Notes: generated by a model from the sequence alone, not told the origin. DNA of 64,000 nt from Candidatus Heimdallarchaeota archaeon (GCA_011364965.1 RDOB01000002.1:320001-384000), one strand, 5' to 3'; shown: positions 48,656 through 59,280, counted from the first letter of the stretch. Numbers and translations are program-made.

Positions 48656-49630
48656 TTATTCCTCCTTAGCAGCAGTGCTTGTTGCTTCACGGAATATTAT
48701 GTCTCTTGCTACTGCTGCTACTAAAAATATTATAGCTAATCCACTAAATGTGACTCCTAAGATATCAATTTGAGCTGAGGATGCACGGATCGCACCAAAT
48801 AGAAGTATTAATACAAATAAAAGCCATTCGATGAGTAGATTGCCAATTCCAACTAATAATCCAATTTGATGCCAATTTCGATTAAGTTTAATTTTGTGAT
48901 AATCAGCAGATGCCCATTGATAAATCGCAAACGCACTGAAAATGCTTAATAATAAAAACACAATCCCATATACAGCTAACAATAGCCAGAATAAACCAAA
49001 GTCACCTTGGAGAGTTAAATAGCTGTAGATCGATCCACCTCCTCGCGCTTCGAAAAGATAGTACGTTACAAGGTCTGGTCCTGAAGCGGGTACAATAGGT
49101 GCTTTCAGAAAACCAGCTAATCCAATTGCAGGCGCTAAACCTCCAAAAAACAAAAATAGGACTGTTGCTAGTAATGTAAACGCATAATTAAACTGGCGAG
49201 GATTGGATACTGGAATTAATCCTTTCAAATCTTCGTATTTTTCAGGTAAATAGCCCCAACAATCCGTTATGGTGGCTACACCCAATAATTCCTGATTTTC
49301 AACAACAGGAATTACAGAAACATCTAAATCGCGCATACGTGTGAAAGCAACTGCAACAGGGGTATTATTTGTAACTGGATCAATGGTATACATGACTTCA
49401 GTCACTTTTGCATTTTCTGCAGATAAACCTTCAGCAACTAGATTTGTGACTATATCAAAGTCAGCAATTACCCCAACGACGTTATTCCCTTTATCAACAA
49501 CAACCAGATCTGGAATCCCCGCTTCTTTCATTTTCATGGCCGCATCTTTTACAGATGCTTCACTTGAGATCACATCATATTCATCATCGATCGTTAGATC
49601 CGCAATTTTAAATTCCTTATCATTAGACAA
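48656..49630 (-). CDS. CBS-pair protein with a C-terminal four-TM domain
   Basis: Two CBS motifs (LVVVDKGNNVVGVI, IPVVENQELLGVAT) and four hydrophobic helices. Confidence 0.88.
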   Translation of the reverse strand: MSNDKEFKIADLTIDDEYDVISSEASVKDAAMKMKEAGIPDLVVVDKGNNVVGVIADFDIVTNLVAEGLSAENAKVTEVMYTIDPVTNNTPVAVAFTRMRDLDVSVIPVVENQELLGVATITDCWGYLPEKYEDLKGLIPVSNPRQFNYAFTLLATVLFLFFGGLAPAIGLAGFLKAPIVPASGPDLVTYYLFEARGGGSIYSYLTLQGDFGLFWLLLAVYGIVFLLLSIFSAFAIYQWASADYHKIKLNRNWHQIGLLVGIGNLLIEWLLFVLILLFGAIRASSAQIDILGVTFSGLAIIFLVAAVARDIIFREATSTAAKEE

Positions 49631-49923
49631 TAGAAAAGTAAACCTCCGATTTCATATTGATTGAGATAACTTACGTTGGATAGTCCGTAAATTCATCATA
49701 TAAAGCTAGTTCTTGCAGAAGCTTGTAGAAGTCTTGAAAATTAAAAATGAAATAACTGAAACACCATTACTTTCAGCTCTAATGTTTCCAAAGGTGTCTT
49801 TTGGGATTTTATAAAGATCTTATTCCTTTGTTCGAGTAATAAGAGATAATTTTTCATTAATTTTTGAGTTGTAGAAAGTATAAAGCGACTATTTTTATAC
49901 AGAATATAATCATTTAAGCTAAA

Positions 49924-51228
49924 TCAGTCTTCTTCTTCAACGCTATTATTTTCAATTAAATAGCCTAAAGAATGTTTAATTTCTTCTAGGGGAAGATCGC
50001 GAATCGAAATTTTGGTGATACGTCCGCAAGATTTTCCGTTCCTGTGTCTATTTTCAACTTCTTGTTGTATTAATCCAAGCTTTCCAAGATCTTTGAGGTA
50101 AGACCAGATTTGAGTTTGTCTTCTAGGATGAATATTTGCTTCCTCGCAGATCCGCTGATATTCTTTCTGAACTACTGGAGTAGTGACGAAATTCCTATCT
50201 TTAGAGAGGATTTTTGCAATACTTAACAAAAGCAATTTTTGATGGATGTTTAGATCTTCAACAATTGACTTCTCCATGGGAAGAATAGAAACCATGGCTC
50301 GACGGATATGTTCTGCGGAAATTCGTGAATCAAAATCTTGATCAGCCAGTTTAGCTGCTCTCCAAAGTAGTTCGATTGCAAAACGAGCGTCTCCATTTTC
50401 TTCAGCTAAACTTGCAATGACTTCTAGTAGTTCATCATCATAAGCTGATTCTTGAAGACCTTTTTCAGCGCGAGACGAAATAATATCAAAGAGCTGATTG
50501 CGCGTGTACGGAGGGAACGTAATTATATTTTTACCCAATGATGAAGAGGTGGAATCATCCAAATAGTATCTAAAGTTAGGATCTCTAGTTATGGTTAGGA
50601 GATTGAAGCGAGATTCCTCACTTTCCTTTGAATAGCCTAAATGATGATTGTTTCTCATTGGAGGGGATTCTTCTATACGAGATAATGCATACAGAAAATC
50701 TATCCGTTCATCAGGAATTAAATAGTCAATTTCATCAAGGATTAAGAGACTAACAAGATTCTGTTCATATAATAACAAAGTAAACATCCGTAAAAGCTCT
50801 TCAACACTAAATCCTCGTAATGGGAATCCGGGGACTAGTTGTCGCAAAATTGTGGTTAAGATTAGATGAGGAGTTTTAGTCTTCCTGCAGTTTACATGAA
50901 AAAATCGAAAATTGGGTCTATTTCTTGAGTTCTCCTGCTCTTTCAAGAAATTTGACAATTGAATTGCAAATGCTCGTGACAATACTGTTTTCCCCGTCCC
51001 TACAACTCCATATAGAATCACACGTCGATTGGACGTTGTTGGATGTGTAATAATTGACCGAAAATAGTTAACAAGTTGTCTCATCTCATCTTCTCTGTGC
51101 CAGATCTGATCAGGAATATAATTTGTTGAAAAAACACTCTCCCCGCTTTGGTTATCCTCTACCATTTTGAATACAGATTGATTGTTTTTGAAAGCTTTTT
51201 GAAAGAAATTTTTTTTTGAATCAGTCAT
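49924..51228 (-). CDS. cdc6: Orc1/Cdc6 replication initiator
   Basis: YIPDQIWHRE, GVVGTGKT, LILDEID, FPPYTRNQL, GDARFAI and a C-terminal wH domain. Confidence 0.95.
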   Translation of the reverse strand: MTDSKKNFFQKAFKNNQSVFKMVEDNQSGESVFSTNYIPDQIWHREDEMRQLVNYFRSIITHPTTSNRRVILYGVVGTGKTVLSRAFAIQLSNFLKEQENSRNRPNFRFFHVNCRKTKTPHLILTTILRQLVPGFPLRGFSVEELLRMFTLLLYEQNLVSLLILDEIDYLIPDERIDFLYALSRIEESPPMRNNHHLGYSKESEESRFNLLTITRDPNFRYYLDDSTSSSLGKNIITFPPYTRNQLFDIISSRAEKGLQESAYDDELLEVIASLAEENGDARFAIELLWRAAKLADQDFDSRISAEHIRRAMVSILPMEKSIVEDLNIHQKLLLLSIAKILSKDRNFVTTPVVQKEYQRICEEANIHPRRQTQIWSYLKDLGKLGLIQQEVENRHRNGKSCGRITKISIRDLPLEEIKHSLGYLIENNSVEEED

Positions 51229-51397
51229 TTCATGTTAATTCCATTCGTAGGTGACCCTTGCAACGCAATAAAGGATAAATAAAGCATAAACCTTTTGAGA
51301 ATAAACAGTAACTAGGGATTATATAAAAAATCACTAAAGACGGTCTTATTTAGAAATAAAAATCTACAAAGTCTAAATCGTTCTTTGAAAGTAAGCG

Positions 51398-51567
51398 ATT
51401 TAATTCTATATTTCAATTTAATTCTAAAGAGATTGATTTACTGATAGTTCGGGGATGTTTAAGGGAGATTTAGCAAGTACCTGAAATAAATTCGTTTAAT
51501 ATTTTTAATAATGAGGACTTTAATCTCGAAATGGTTCTATTAGAAGGCGCCATATTATTTAATTCTA
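51398..51567. repeat. Three copies of ATTTAATTCTA upstream of cdc6
   Basis: Exact copies at 51398, 51416 and 51557 in a 510-bp AT-rich intergenic region. Confidence 0.55.
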
Positions 51568-51738
51568 AATTAGGAGAAGAGTCAAAACGAAGATTTTACG
51601 AAATCAGGAATTCTTCCATCCCTACATGAAAATTCTTCCGATTCCAGCTTTTATTGATTGCAGATTTCTGAATTTTTTTAAATAAAATGAATAAATCCAT
51701 GTTATCCTCCTATTTTGTGCTAGAAAGAGGGAACCTGC

Positions 51739-52776
51739 TTGAATGATGACCCTTTACGGATTAACGAAATTATTAAGTATGCTGACGAAAAAGTTGCCAC
51801 TCTTGAACGAGATAACGGCAAAATAAGGTCTTGGAGGTCTTGGAGAAAATGGATGGTTAATCAACAAAATAGGTTCTCTCAAGGTAAAATCTCTCACTAT
51901 CAGTATTATTCACTTGCAGCAGCGTTCGCCCAATATCTTCATAGCGATTTAGCTATCTCTATTAACCCTATCGAGGAAATTCTTTCCTCCAATTATTGTT
52001 CGACTTGTTTAGACCCTATTGATGAAGATGAAGTCCGACTCAAGGTATGCAGTAATTGCAGAAGCCGTCTTTCTTTATTAGAACGTGAGCGGGTTGTTTT
52101 ACCTTCCCAAATGGGCTTTATTTTCTCTCTCTCCCTTTTTTGGTTGATTTTTTTGAATCCTAAAAAAGCATTTAATTATTTGCGATATGGATTAGCAAAT
52201 TGGATTCACGTTTTATCCCTGTTTATTGTTTCCAGTGTTCTTCTTAGCGTAACGGTATTGGAATTTGTACCTCGAATGAGCTACACTACTCAAGAGGAAA
52301 TTGAGGTATGGATGAGCGTTCAAAATACTATTGCTTGGGAAGGCGTAATAGCTTATTTTATTCTAAATATCGTTATCTTTTCGCTTTATACTTTGGTAAT
52401 TTATTTTTCTACCCGAGGTTCATCATTCTCTTATTCGCTTTCTGAAACATTGAAAATATCTAGTCTTATAATCTTACCTCGTGTTCTTCTTATGCCTCTT
52501 TATGCATTTTTCTATCAACAAACAACAAATGAAACCTATCTAATTTCTAGATATGTTTCGTTAGAGCAAGTGCAATGGCTTATCCTCAATTTAAATGATT
52601 ATATGGGAGAATATGGGGTCTTTATTGAAACTTTAGCAGGTATTCTGACCCTAATGTTGTTCTTTTTCGCGTTGTATTACACTTGGAACCTTGAGACTGA
52701 TTCATCGTTATTTCGTCTTATTCCAATGGCATGGATGTTCATTATTCTTGCCTTTGGAGTCCCTCTATATCTTTAA
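51739..52776 (+). CDS. Yip1-like membrane protein with an N-terminal helical region and zinc ribbon
   Basis: CSTC...CSNC, then 'LIFLNPKKAFNYL...W' and about five TM helices in the Yip1 pattern. Confidence 0.65.
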   Translation: MNDDPLRINEIIKYADEKVATLERDNGKIRSWRSWRKWMVNQQNRFSQGKISHYQYYSLAAAFAQYLHSDLAISINPIEEILSSNYCSTCLDPIDEDEVRLKVCSNCRSRLSLLERERVVLPSQMGFIFSLSLFWLIFLNPKKAFNYLRYGLANWIHVLSLFIVSSVLLSVTVLEFVPRMSYTTQEEIEVWMSVQNTIAWEGVIAYFILNIVIFSLYTLVIYFSTRGSSFSYSLSETLKISSLIILPRVLLMPLYAFFYQQTTNETYLISRYVSLEQVQWLILNLNDYMGEYGVFIETLAGILTLMLFFFALYYTWNLETDSSLFRLIPMAWMFIILAFGVPLYL

Positions 52777-53066
52777 AATTCGTTCTAGGTTTCAATATTT
52801 CAGGAAGATAAGAACAATTAAGAATTTAGTTTGAGTTCTACCCGTAAATACAAATTATTCCCTTTGAGTTTTAAAAATCAACCCTAAGGTTTATTGTATT
52901 GTAAATTAAAGCTTTTATCCGTTCAGTGGCGAAATCCAACAATTATTTTCCGAATCATCTCATTTAATAACTTGGATGCTCCATTAACAGGCTTTCTTGC
53001 GATTTAGGTCGTATAGGAGAGTTTTTGAATGAATTATAGCCATTATTCTTTTTATTGTAAATCCAT

Positions 53067-54017
53067 TTATTTTGGTTTTTGTCTTCTAAAACCCGTCCTA
53101 TTGTGATAAATATTATCTCTATGACCCTCTTTCCCTATGTAAACATCCTCACAATATAATTCCGATGGATATATTTCCATTGTCCTCTCATTCAAAAAAT
53201 TCTTAAGATTTTGAGGCAGTTCCCCTTTGATCGAGTCAAGAACTTCCTCCTGATCTATTTCAAGCCGATAGATTCGTTTAAAATAACGATTAATATTTGA
53301 AATATCTGTTTGGAGGTATTCGATTGCTCGATCTATTCTAATACGAACTGGGGTATTAATGAAGGTTTTTATGTTGAATTGCACAGATTGTGATACATCC
53401 ATTGTAATAAGCTCCTCATTCTGATTAATCATGAGATTGTGTTCACTATAATCTCCATGGATAAAATTTCCTTTAAGAAAGAGATCAGCTAAGATATCTA
53501 TTGAATCATATAGATATTCTGTAGCTTTTTCCTTTGGAAGAGGGACATCTCGAAGAAGAGGAGCAGGATCTTCCGATCCGCTGCTGGCGGGGATGAATTC
53601 CATAACAACAATATTATCCATCAAGCTGATTGGCTTGGGAACTAAGACATGTTCCCTCATTTGCATTAAATTCCAATATTCTTGTCTAGCAGCTAATGCA
53701 GCCATATCATTTGCTAGAATATGCTGAGTTCCATGTAGTCGCTTTTTTATAGTACTAGTGAAAAATCTAAATACTTTTGCACACACAAATTCATCCTTTT
53801 CATTCAAAGCAAGGATAACTGTAGCTTCTTTACCTCCTCCAATCACAGAGAGAATTTTTTTGATTTCACCTGTATCAAGTAGCTCCTTTTTAGCTTCATC
53901 AATTCTAATTTCCTTTAATTGGTGTTTTGATTGTCTTTTTTGTTTATATTCTTCCCTGCCGAAGGCATTTTTCTTGTATCTTTCAAATCCGATTGTCTGA
54001 TTATGGTCTGAACTCAT
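53067..54017 (-). CDS. RIO1-family serine/threonine kinase
   Basis: GGGKEATV, CAKVF, VMEFI, IHGDYSEHN, DVSQSV. Confidence 0.92.
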   Translation of the reverse strand: MSSDHNQTIGFERYKKNAFGREEYKQKRQSKHQLKEIRIDEAKKELLDTGEIKKILSVIGGGKEATVILALNEKDEFVCAKVFRFFTSTIKKRLHGTQHILANDMAALAARQEYWNLMQMREHVLVPKPISLMDNIVVMEFIPASSGSEDPAPLLRDVPLPKEKATEYLYDSIDILADLFLKGNFIHGDYSEHNLMINQNEELITMDVSQSVQFNIKTFINTPVRIRIDRAIEYLQTDISNINRYFKRIYRLEIDQEEVLDSIKGELPQNLKNFLNERTMEIYPSELYCEDVYIGKEGHRDNIYHNRTGFRRQKPK

Positions 54018-54059
54018 TTTTTACAACTCTTACCTCAAAACATAAAATTGGTCTTAGGA

Positions 54060-54293
54060 TTAAGAATCATTTTTTCTTTGTTCATATTGATGAAGTAGAT
54101 TATTATTCGCACTCCATTGGTTGACTATTTTTTTTGCTTCTGAGATGTACTCCAAAATTTCGTGTGATTGATCTGACAGGTAATTTATATCGAAACTGGA
54201 GCTTATATTTATACTTCCAATTCTTAAATACAAACATTTCCAAATATCATCGCTTTTAATGTCATGAATAGGGCTTTTAAATTTCGATTTCAC
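54060..54293 (-). CDS. Possible small hypothetical protein
   Basis: 77-aa non-overlapping ORF, co-oriented and just upstream of the RIO kinase; no recognisable motif. Confidence 0.35.
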   Translation of the reverse strand: MKSKFKSPIHDIKSDDIWKCLYLRIGSINISSSFDINYLSDQSHEILEYISEAKKIVNQWSANNNLLHQYEQRKNDS

Positions 54294-55044
54294 AATTCAA
54301 TTCATCCTAAACCAAGTTTTGTGTTATCATGTTAGGTTTTAATATCAATGTCAGGGGGAAGCTTGTTTAATGGACGTTACAACCATTTTTCTTGCTTTGA
54401 TCTAACTATCCTAAGTTCGAGGCTCCGCTATGGTGCTATCATCAGTGCTGCTTAAGCTTGGAGACCATGAAAGATAGACCAAAAAGTTAATCTATACCAG
54501 CAGAAAGATTGGAGAAGAATATCGTTAATGTCAAAAGTAAAATCTTCACTGAATTGTCTTGTTTGTTTCTATTTGACAATTGCAGGAGCTCGTTCACAGA
54601 TGACAAAAATCAACATTCTTATTTCATTAACTTCATATATCATCCAGACAAGTACCTCCTGTATCAGTGACATCCAAAAGAAAGCTGATTGAATTTATAT
54701 AGCTTTTGTTTTTGCTAGGAGTATGATTAATAAATCACAGATACATCGGAATGAGAGAGAGAGCTCATTGAAAATGACAAATATCTCCAGAATTTTAGAT
54801 TATAGTAAGCCAAAAGAGCTGAATAAGCAAAAACGATGAACCTGACGTTTTAAGTGTTAAACTTGAAATAATTTATGGCTGATCAATTTCTCTTCACGCT
54901 AAATATGATTAATCTTCCTGAAATAAAGTACACATCACTTTAAGGTGAAATTATTACTATCATGTCTTTAATTTACACTCTGTTCAGTTAAAAGATTCCT
55001 TAAGTTTCTATTCAATTAACATAATTACATTGGATTGATTAACT

Positions 55045-56157
55045 GTGACACCTCGTAAGAGAAAAACCACAATATCAAATGATGAAGACGAAACAAACAC
55101 TATCTCTTTAACAAATGATGATTTAACTTCACCTTCGGAGTTTAACTCAAAAACTAAAAGCTCTAGTCCCCCATCAAACGAAAAAGGCCTGAAAATCGGT
55201 GATATATCGGAACTTCCAGGTATTGGTCCAGCAACTGCAAAAAAATTGCAGGATTCTGGATTTGGGACATTAGAATCACTGGCAACGGTTAGCATTGGTG
55301 AACTAGTTGCAGTCGGAAACTTAGGAGAAGCAACATCGCGTAAAATTATTCAGGCTGCGAGAGACGCCTTAAATTTCGGCTTTATATCTGCGGATGAGGT
55401 ATTAGAACGAAGAAGAAATATGCTTAAAGTCACAACAGGTTCAACTGCACTTGATGACTTGTTTGGTGGGGGAATAGAGACTGGAGCTGTAACAGAGCTG
55501 TATGGAGAATATAGAACCGGAAAGACTCAACTTGCTCATCAGTTATGTGTAGCAGCTCAGTTACCGAGAGAATTAGGTGGGCTTAATGTTGATGGAGACG
55601 AGCCCATAAAAGTAATATACATTGACACAGAGGGAACATTCCGTCCTGAACGAATTCTCAATATGAGTAAACGGTGGGAAGGCGATCTTGATGTCAAGAA
55701 AATCCTAAAAAACATTATGCATGGTCGTGCTTATAATAGCGATCATCAAATGGTTCTAGCAGAGAAAGCTGCTCAGGATAGTCAAATTCAACGAGTTGGC
55801 CTAGTGGTTGTTGATTCACTCATCTCTCATTTCCGTGCAGAATACATTGGAAGAGGAACCCTTGCTGGGCGGCAACAGAAATTAAATCAACACATTCACA
55901 CTCTTCTTAAAATGGCTGAAGTTAGTAACTTGGCCGTCATTCTGACAAATCAGGTTCATTCGAAGCCTGATCAATTCTTTGGTGACCCTACCGCTCCTGT
56001 TGGAGGAAATATCGTAGCCCACGCGAGTCAGACGCGTGTCTACCTCCGTAAGTCAAAAGGTGAAAGAAGAATTGCTAGGATCGCTGATTCACCACTTTTG
56101 CCCGAAAATGAAACTGTTTTTGCAATTACAGGTGAAGGTATTATAGATGTAAATTAA
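55045..56157 (+). CDS. radA: DNA repair and recombination protein RadA
   Basis: HhH LPGIGPATA, GEYRTGKTQ, DTEGTFRPER, FRAEYIGRG, TNQV. Confidence 0.97.
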   Translation: MTPRKRKTTISNDEDETNTISLTNDDLTSPSEFNSKTKSSSPPSNEKGLKIGDISELPGIGPATAKKLQDSGFGTLESLATVSIGELVAVGNLGEATSRKIIQAARDALNFGFISADEVLERRRNMLKVTTGSTALDDLFGGGIETGAVTELYGEYRTGKTQLAHQLCVAAQLPRELGGLNVDGDEPIKVIYIDTEGTFRPERILNMSKRWEGDLDVKKILKNIMHGRAYNSDHQMVLAEKAAQDSQIQRVGLVVVDSLISHFRAEYIGRGTLAGRQQKLNQHIHTLLKMAEVSNLAVILTNQVHSKPDQFFGDPTAPVGGNIVAHASQTRVYLRKSKGERRIARIADSPLLPENETVFAITGEGIIDVN

Positions 56158-56234
56158 TCTCTTACCTTCATTTCTTCTCTGCTTTTCAGGCGGAGAATTA
56201 ATCAATTGTATTCAATTTTAAATTTAGTCGACTA

Positions 56235-56768
56235 ATGGCAAAACCATTTCAATCATTTATTATTACAGGAAAAAAAGGAGCAGGAAAATCTACTATTTGC
56301 AAACGAATATTTGATTACTTGCGTTCTCGATCCATATCAACTGGGGGAGTAATAACAGTTCAAAATGCGGTTAAATGGTTCTATTTACTGCCTATTGGGC
56401 TGAAGATTGAATTTGAGGCACAAGAAGGAGAGGATCATATTCCGATTGGGAGATTTAAAGTCCATAAAAAGCACATGGAGAAAACAGTTGAACATATAAA
56501 AGCCACTATTGGCAGTAATATCGTGATAATTGACGAAATCGGATTTTTGGAAATGATGGGAGAAGGCTATCATTCAATACTGAATCAAGTTCTCACACGA
56601 ACTGGAATAAATATATTCGTTGTAAAAGAGCGAATTTTAAACGATTTCATTCTTATGTTCCCTCATACGCAGAATTATTCAGTGATTCGAGTGGATAAAC
56701 AAAATTTCGAATTAAAATATAATTTCTTAAAGAATACACTTGATAATCTTATTATTTATTTCAAGTGA
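56235..56768 (+). CDS. Nucleoside-triphosphatase (THEP1/NTPase_1 family)
   Basis: ITGKKGAGKST, IGRF, IIDEIGFLE. Confidence 0.85.
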   Translation: MAKPFQSFIITGKKGAGKSTICKRIFDYLRSRSISTGGVITVQNAVKWFYLLPIGLKIEFEAQEGEDHIPIGRFKVHKKHMEKTVEHIKATIGSNIVIIDEIGFLEMMGEGYHSILNQVLTRTGINIFVVKERILNDFILMFPHTQNYSVIRVDKQNFELKYNFLKNTLDNLIIYFK

Positions 56769-56855
56769 TTTTGGGAATATTTAAAACGTTCATACAAGAT
56801 TCTTTGAATTTAACACTCAAGTTAATAATTTAATACCACTCTGGAGAGAAAAAAG

Positions 56856-58355
56856 TTGGTTCAAGAAAAATTTATTGGCGCGATTGATCAGGGGACTACA
56901 GGAACACGATTTATGATATTTGATAAGGACAGCAACCTTTTAGCAGCTCATTATAAGGAACATGAACAGATTTTTCCAAGACCAGGATGGGTGGAACACA
57001 ATCCGATAGAAATCTGGGAGAATACAAAATATGTTATGAAAGAGGCTCTTAAAGAAGCAAAAATGTCTCTTTTAGATATTCTAGCTATAGGAATCACTAA
57101 TCAAAGGGAAACCACGGTTATTTGGGATAAAAATACTGGTATTCCATTATTTAATGCAATAGTATGGCAATGTGTAAGAACTAGTGATATTTGTAATGAA
57201 ATAATCCAAGACGGATATAACTCTGTATTTCAAGAAAAAACTGGATTAGTTACTGCTACTTATTTCTCTGGGCCTAAAATTGCTTGGATATTGAGAAATA
57301 TACCAGGAGCTCAAGAAAAAGCTGAGAGAGGAGATCTACTTTTTGGAAATATTGATACATGGTTAATTTGGAATTTAACTGGCGGCTCTCATATCACTGA
57401 TTATTCTAACGCTTCGCGAACTATGTTGATGGATCTAAAAAGTCTTGAATGGGATTCAGAATTATGTAATTATCTCAAAATTCCCCAGTCTATGCTTCCT
57501 GAAATTCGTCCTTCAAGTGACTCTGCAGGATATGGGCATATTAAATTTGATGGGATTACTCATGGCCCTGTTATTTGTGGAGATCTCGGTGATCAACAAG
57601 CTGCCTTATTTGGTCAAACATGTTTTGATACAGGAAATGCAAAAAATACTTACGGTACAGGTAATTTCCTCCTTTTAAATACTGGAGAGAAAATTGTAAA
57701 ATCCGAATCTGGCTTACTCACGACTGTGGGTTATGGAATAGGTTCTGATGTTTCCTATGCGCTTGAAGGGAGTGTAGCTATTGGAGGAGCGGTAATTCAA
57801 TGGCTCCGAGACCAATTAAAGATTATAAGTTCTGCATCAGAGTCAGAACATTTGGCCACTTCGGTTTCAGATAATGGTGGGGTATATTTTGTCCCTGCGT
57901 TCGTTGGTCTATTTTCTCCCCATTGGGATATTTCCGCACGTGGAGCTATTGTCGGATTGACTCGTGGAAGTAATAAAGCTCATATCGCCCGTGCTGCACT
58001 TGAGTCTATTGCATTTCAATCTTACGACGTTTTCAAAGCTATGGAAAAAGATAGTGGAATCTCTCTGAAAAGTTTAAGGGTGGACGGGGGTGCTTCTAAA
58101 AATGATTTTTTAATGCAATTTCAAGCAGATTTATTAGGAATTGACTGCATTCGGCCTAAAATTGAGGAAACGACCGTTTTAGGAGCAACATATGCTGCTG
58201 GTCTGGCTGTAAATTATTGGTCAAATATAGAAGAATTGAGAAAAGGCTGGTCAATTGATAGAGTATTCTCATCCAAAATCGACGAATCCTCTAGAGCAGA
58301 TATAGTCCATTTATGGCATAAAGCAATTGGTAAATCAAAAGGATGGGTGGAATAA
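56856..58355 (+). CDS. glpK: Glycerol kinase
   Basis: DQGTTGTR, NQRETT, YFSGPK, GDQQAALFG, YGTG, VDGG. Confidence 0.96.
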   Translation: MVQEKFIGAIDQGTTGTRFMIFDKDSNLLAAHYKEHEQIFPRPGWVEHNPIEIWENTKYVMKEALKEAKMSLLDILAIGITNQRETTVIWDKNTGIPLFNAIVWQCVRTSDICNEIIQDGYNSVFQEKTGLVTATYFSGPKIAWILRNIPGAQEKAERGDLLFGNIDTWLIWNLTGGSHITDYSNASRTMLMDLKSLEWDSELCNYLKIPQSMLPEIRPSSDSAGYGHIKFDGITHGPVICGDLGDQQAALFGQTCFDTGNAKNTYGTGNFLLLNTGEKIVKSESGLLTTVGYGIGSDVSYALEGSVAIGGAVIQWLRDQLKIISSASESEHLATSVSDNGGVYFVPAFVGLFSPHWDISARGAIVGLTRGSNKAHIARAALESIAFQSYDVFKAMEKDSGISLKSLRVDGGASKNDFLMQFQADLLGIDCIRPKIEETTVLGATYAAGLAVNYWSNIEELRKGWSIDRVFSSKIDESSRADIVHLWHKAIGKSKGWVE

Positions 58356-58373
58356 AAGAGCAAAATCATCCAG

Positions 58374-59102
58374 CTACTTTTCTTCGACTAGAAATAAATG
58401 TATGGATTTTTCCATTTCAAGAATGGAATCATAGATTGCATCTGGTCTGCATTTTTCGAGAGTTGTTCGACTTGAATATCCTGTGGTGATACCAAAAGTT
58501 GTCATCCCAATAGTTTTTCCTGCTATGATATCTCCTCCCAAATCTCCAATAATAGCACACGATCTAGGATCGTCTGTTAAATCAAATTTCCTTAAAAAAT
58601 GGATAAAACCTTCCTCCTTATGTTTAGTAAATTCTCCTAATCCTATAATCATATCATTTTTAAAATATTTATCCCCTTTTAGATGATTATTCAAGAAAAT
58701 ATCTATCTTTTTTCTTGAACTCATACTCACTATAGCTATTTTTATTCCTGCTTTTTGCAATCGCTTGAGAGCGAATTCAGCGTCTTTTGTAGGTTTTGCC
58801 AGATAGAATAATTTCTTGTGATTCCTCCCAACATAGTAAACCATCTGTAAAGCTTTTACTATACTGAACCCTAACCCTCTCGTTGCCTTGAATATTGCTA
58901 GAAGAATTTTCCATTTTACATTACGTTCATCTTCTGCAGTTTTGGAGAAAATTAATTCATTAGACAATAGAATTAGGTCATTAGTATTTACACCGAGTTT
59001 TTTGGCGACTAGGTCAAAATAGTACCTATGAGTATCTACTAGTGTCCCATCAAAGTCAAATATCACAGCTTTAATTGGAATATACACTAGTTGGGGAGGC
59101 AT
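58374..59102 (-). CDS. HAD-superfamily hydrolase
   Basis: FDFDGTLVD and IGDLGGD. Confidence 0.9.
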   Translation of the reverse strand: MPPQLVYIPIKAVIFDFDGTLVDTHRYYFDLVAKKLGVNTNDLILLSNELIFSKTAEDERNVKWKILLAIFKATRGLGFSIVKALQMVYYVGRNHKKLFYLAKPTKDAEFALKRLQKAGIKIAIVSMSSRKKIDIFLNNHLKGDKYFKNDMIIGLGEFTKHKEEGFIHFLRKFDLTDDPRSCAIIGDLGGDIIAGKTIGMTTFGITTGYSSRTTLEKCRPDAIYDSILEMEKSIHLFLVEEK

Positions 59103-59280
59103 ACTTCTCGCTTCGAAAAATTTGCTTGATTTTCTTTTTCATTTTGTATATGATATCCCCCTTTTTGGCTTTCGCTTAGAACTTACTTTTTTTAAATATT
59201 CCCCGATTGGGATTAATTATCTGTTATTTATAGTATCTAAAGATATATGAAATTTAAACGGAGAATATCGAGGATTAGAT

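Noticed and set aside
52918-52937. ORB-like sequence GTTCAGTGGCGAAA
   Set aside because: Single imperfect copy with no G-string, between convergent genes.
54350-54470. tRNA, SRP RNA or rRNA fragment (GTTCGAG; GGGGGAAGCTTGTTTAATGGA loosely like 16S)
   Set aside because: No cloverleaf, no SRP helix-8 motif, and the rRNA likeness is short and gapped.
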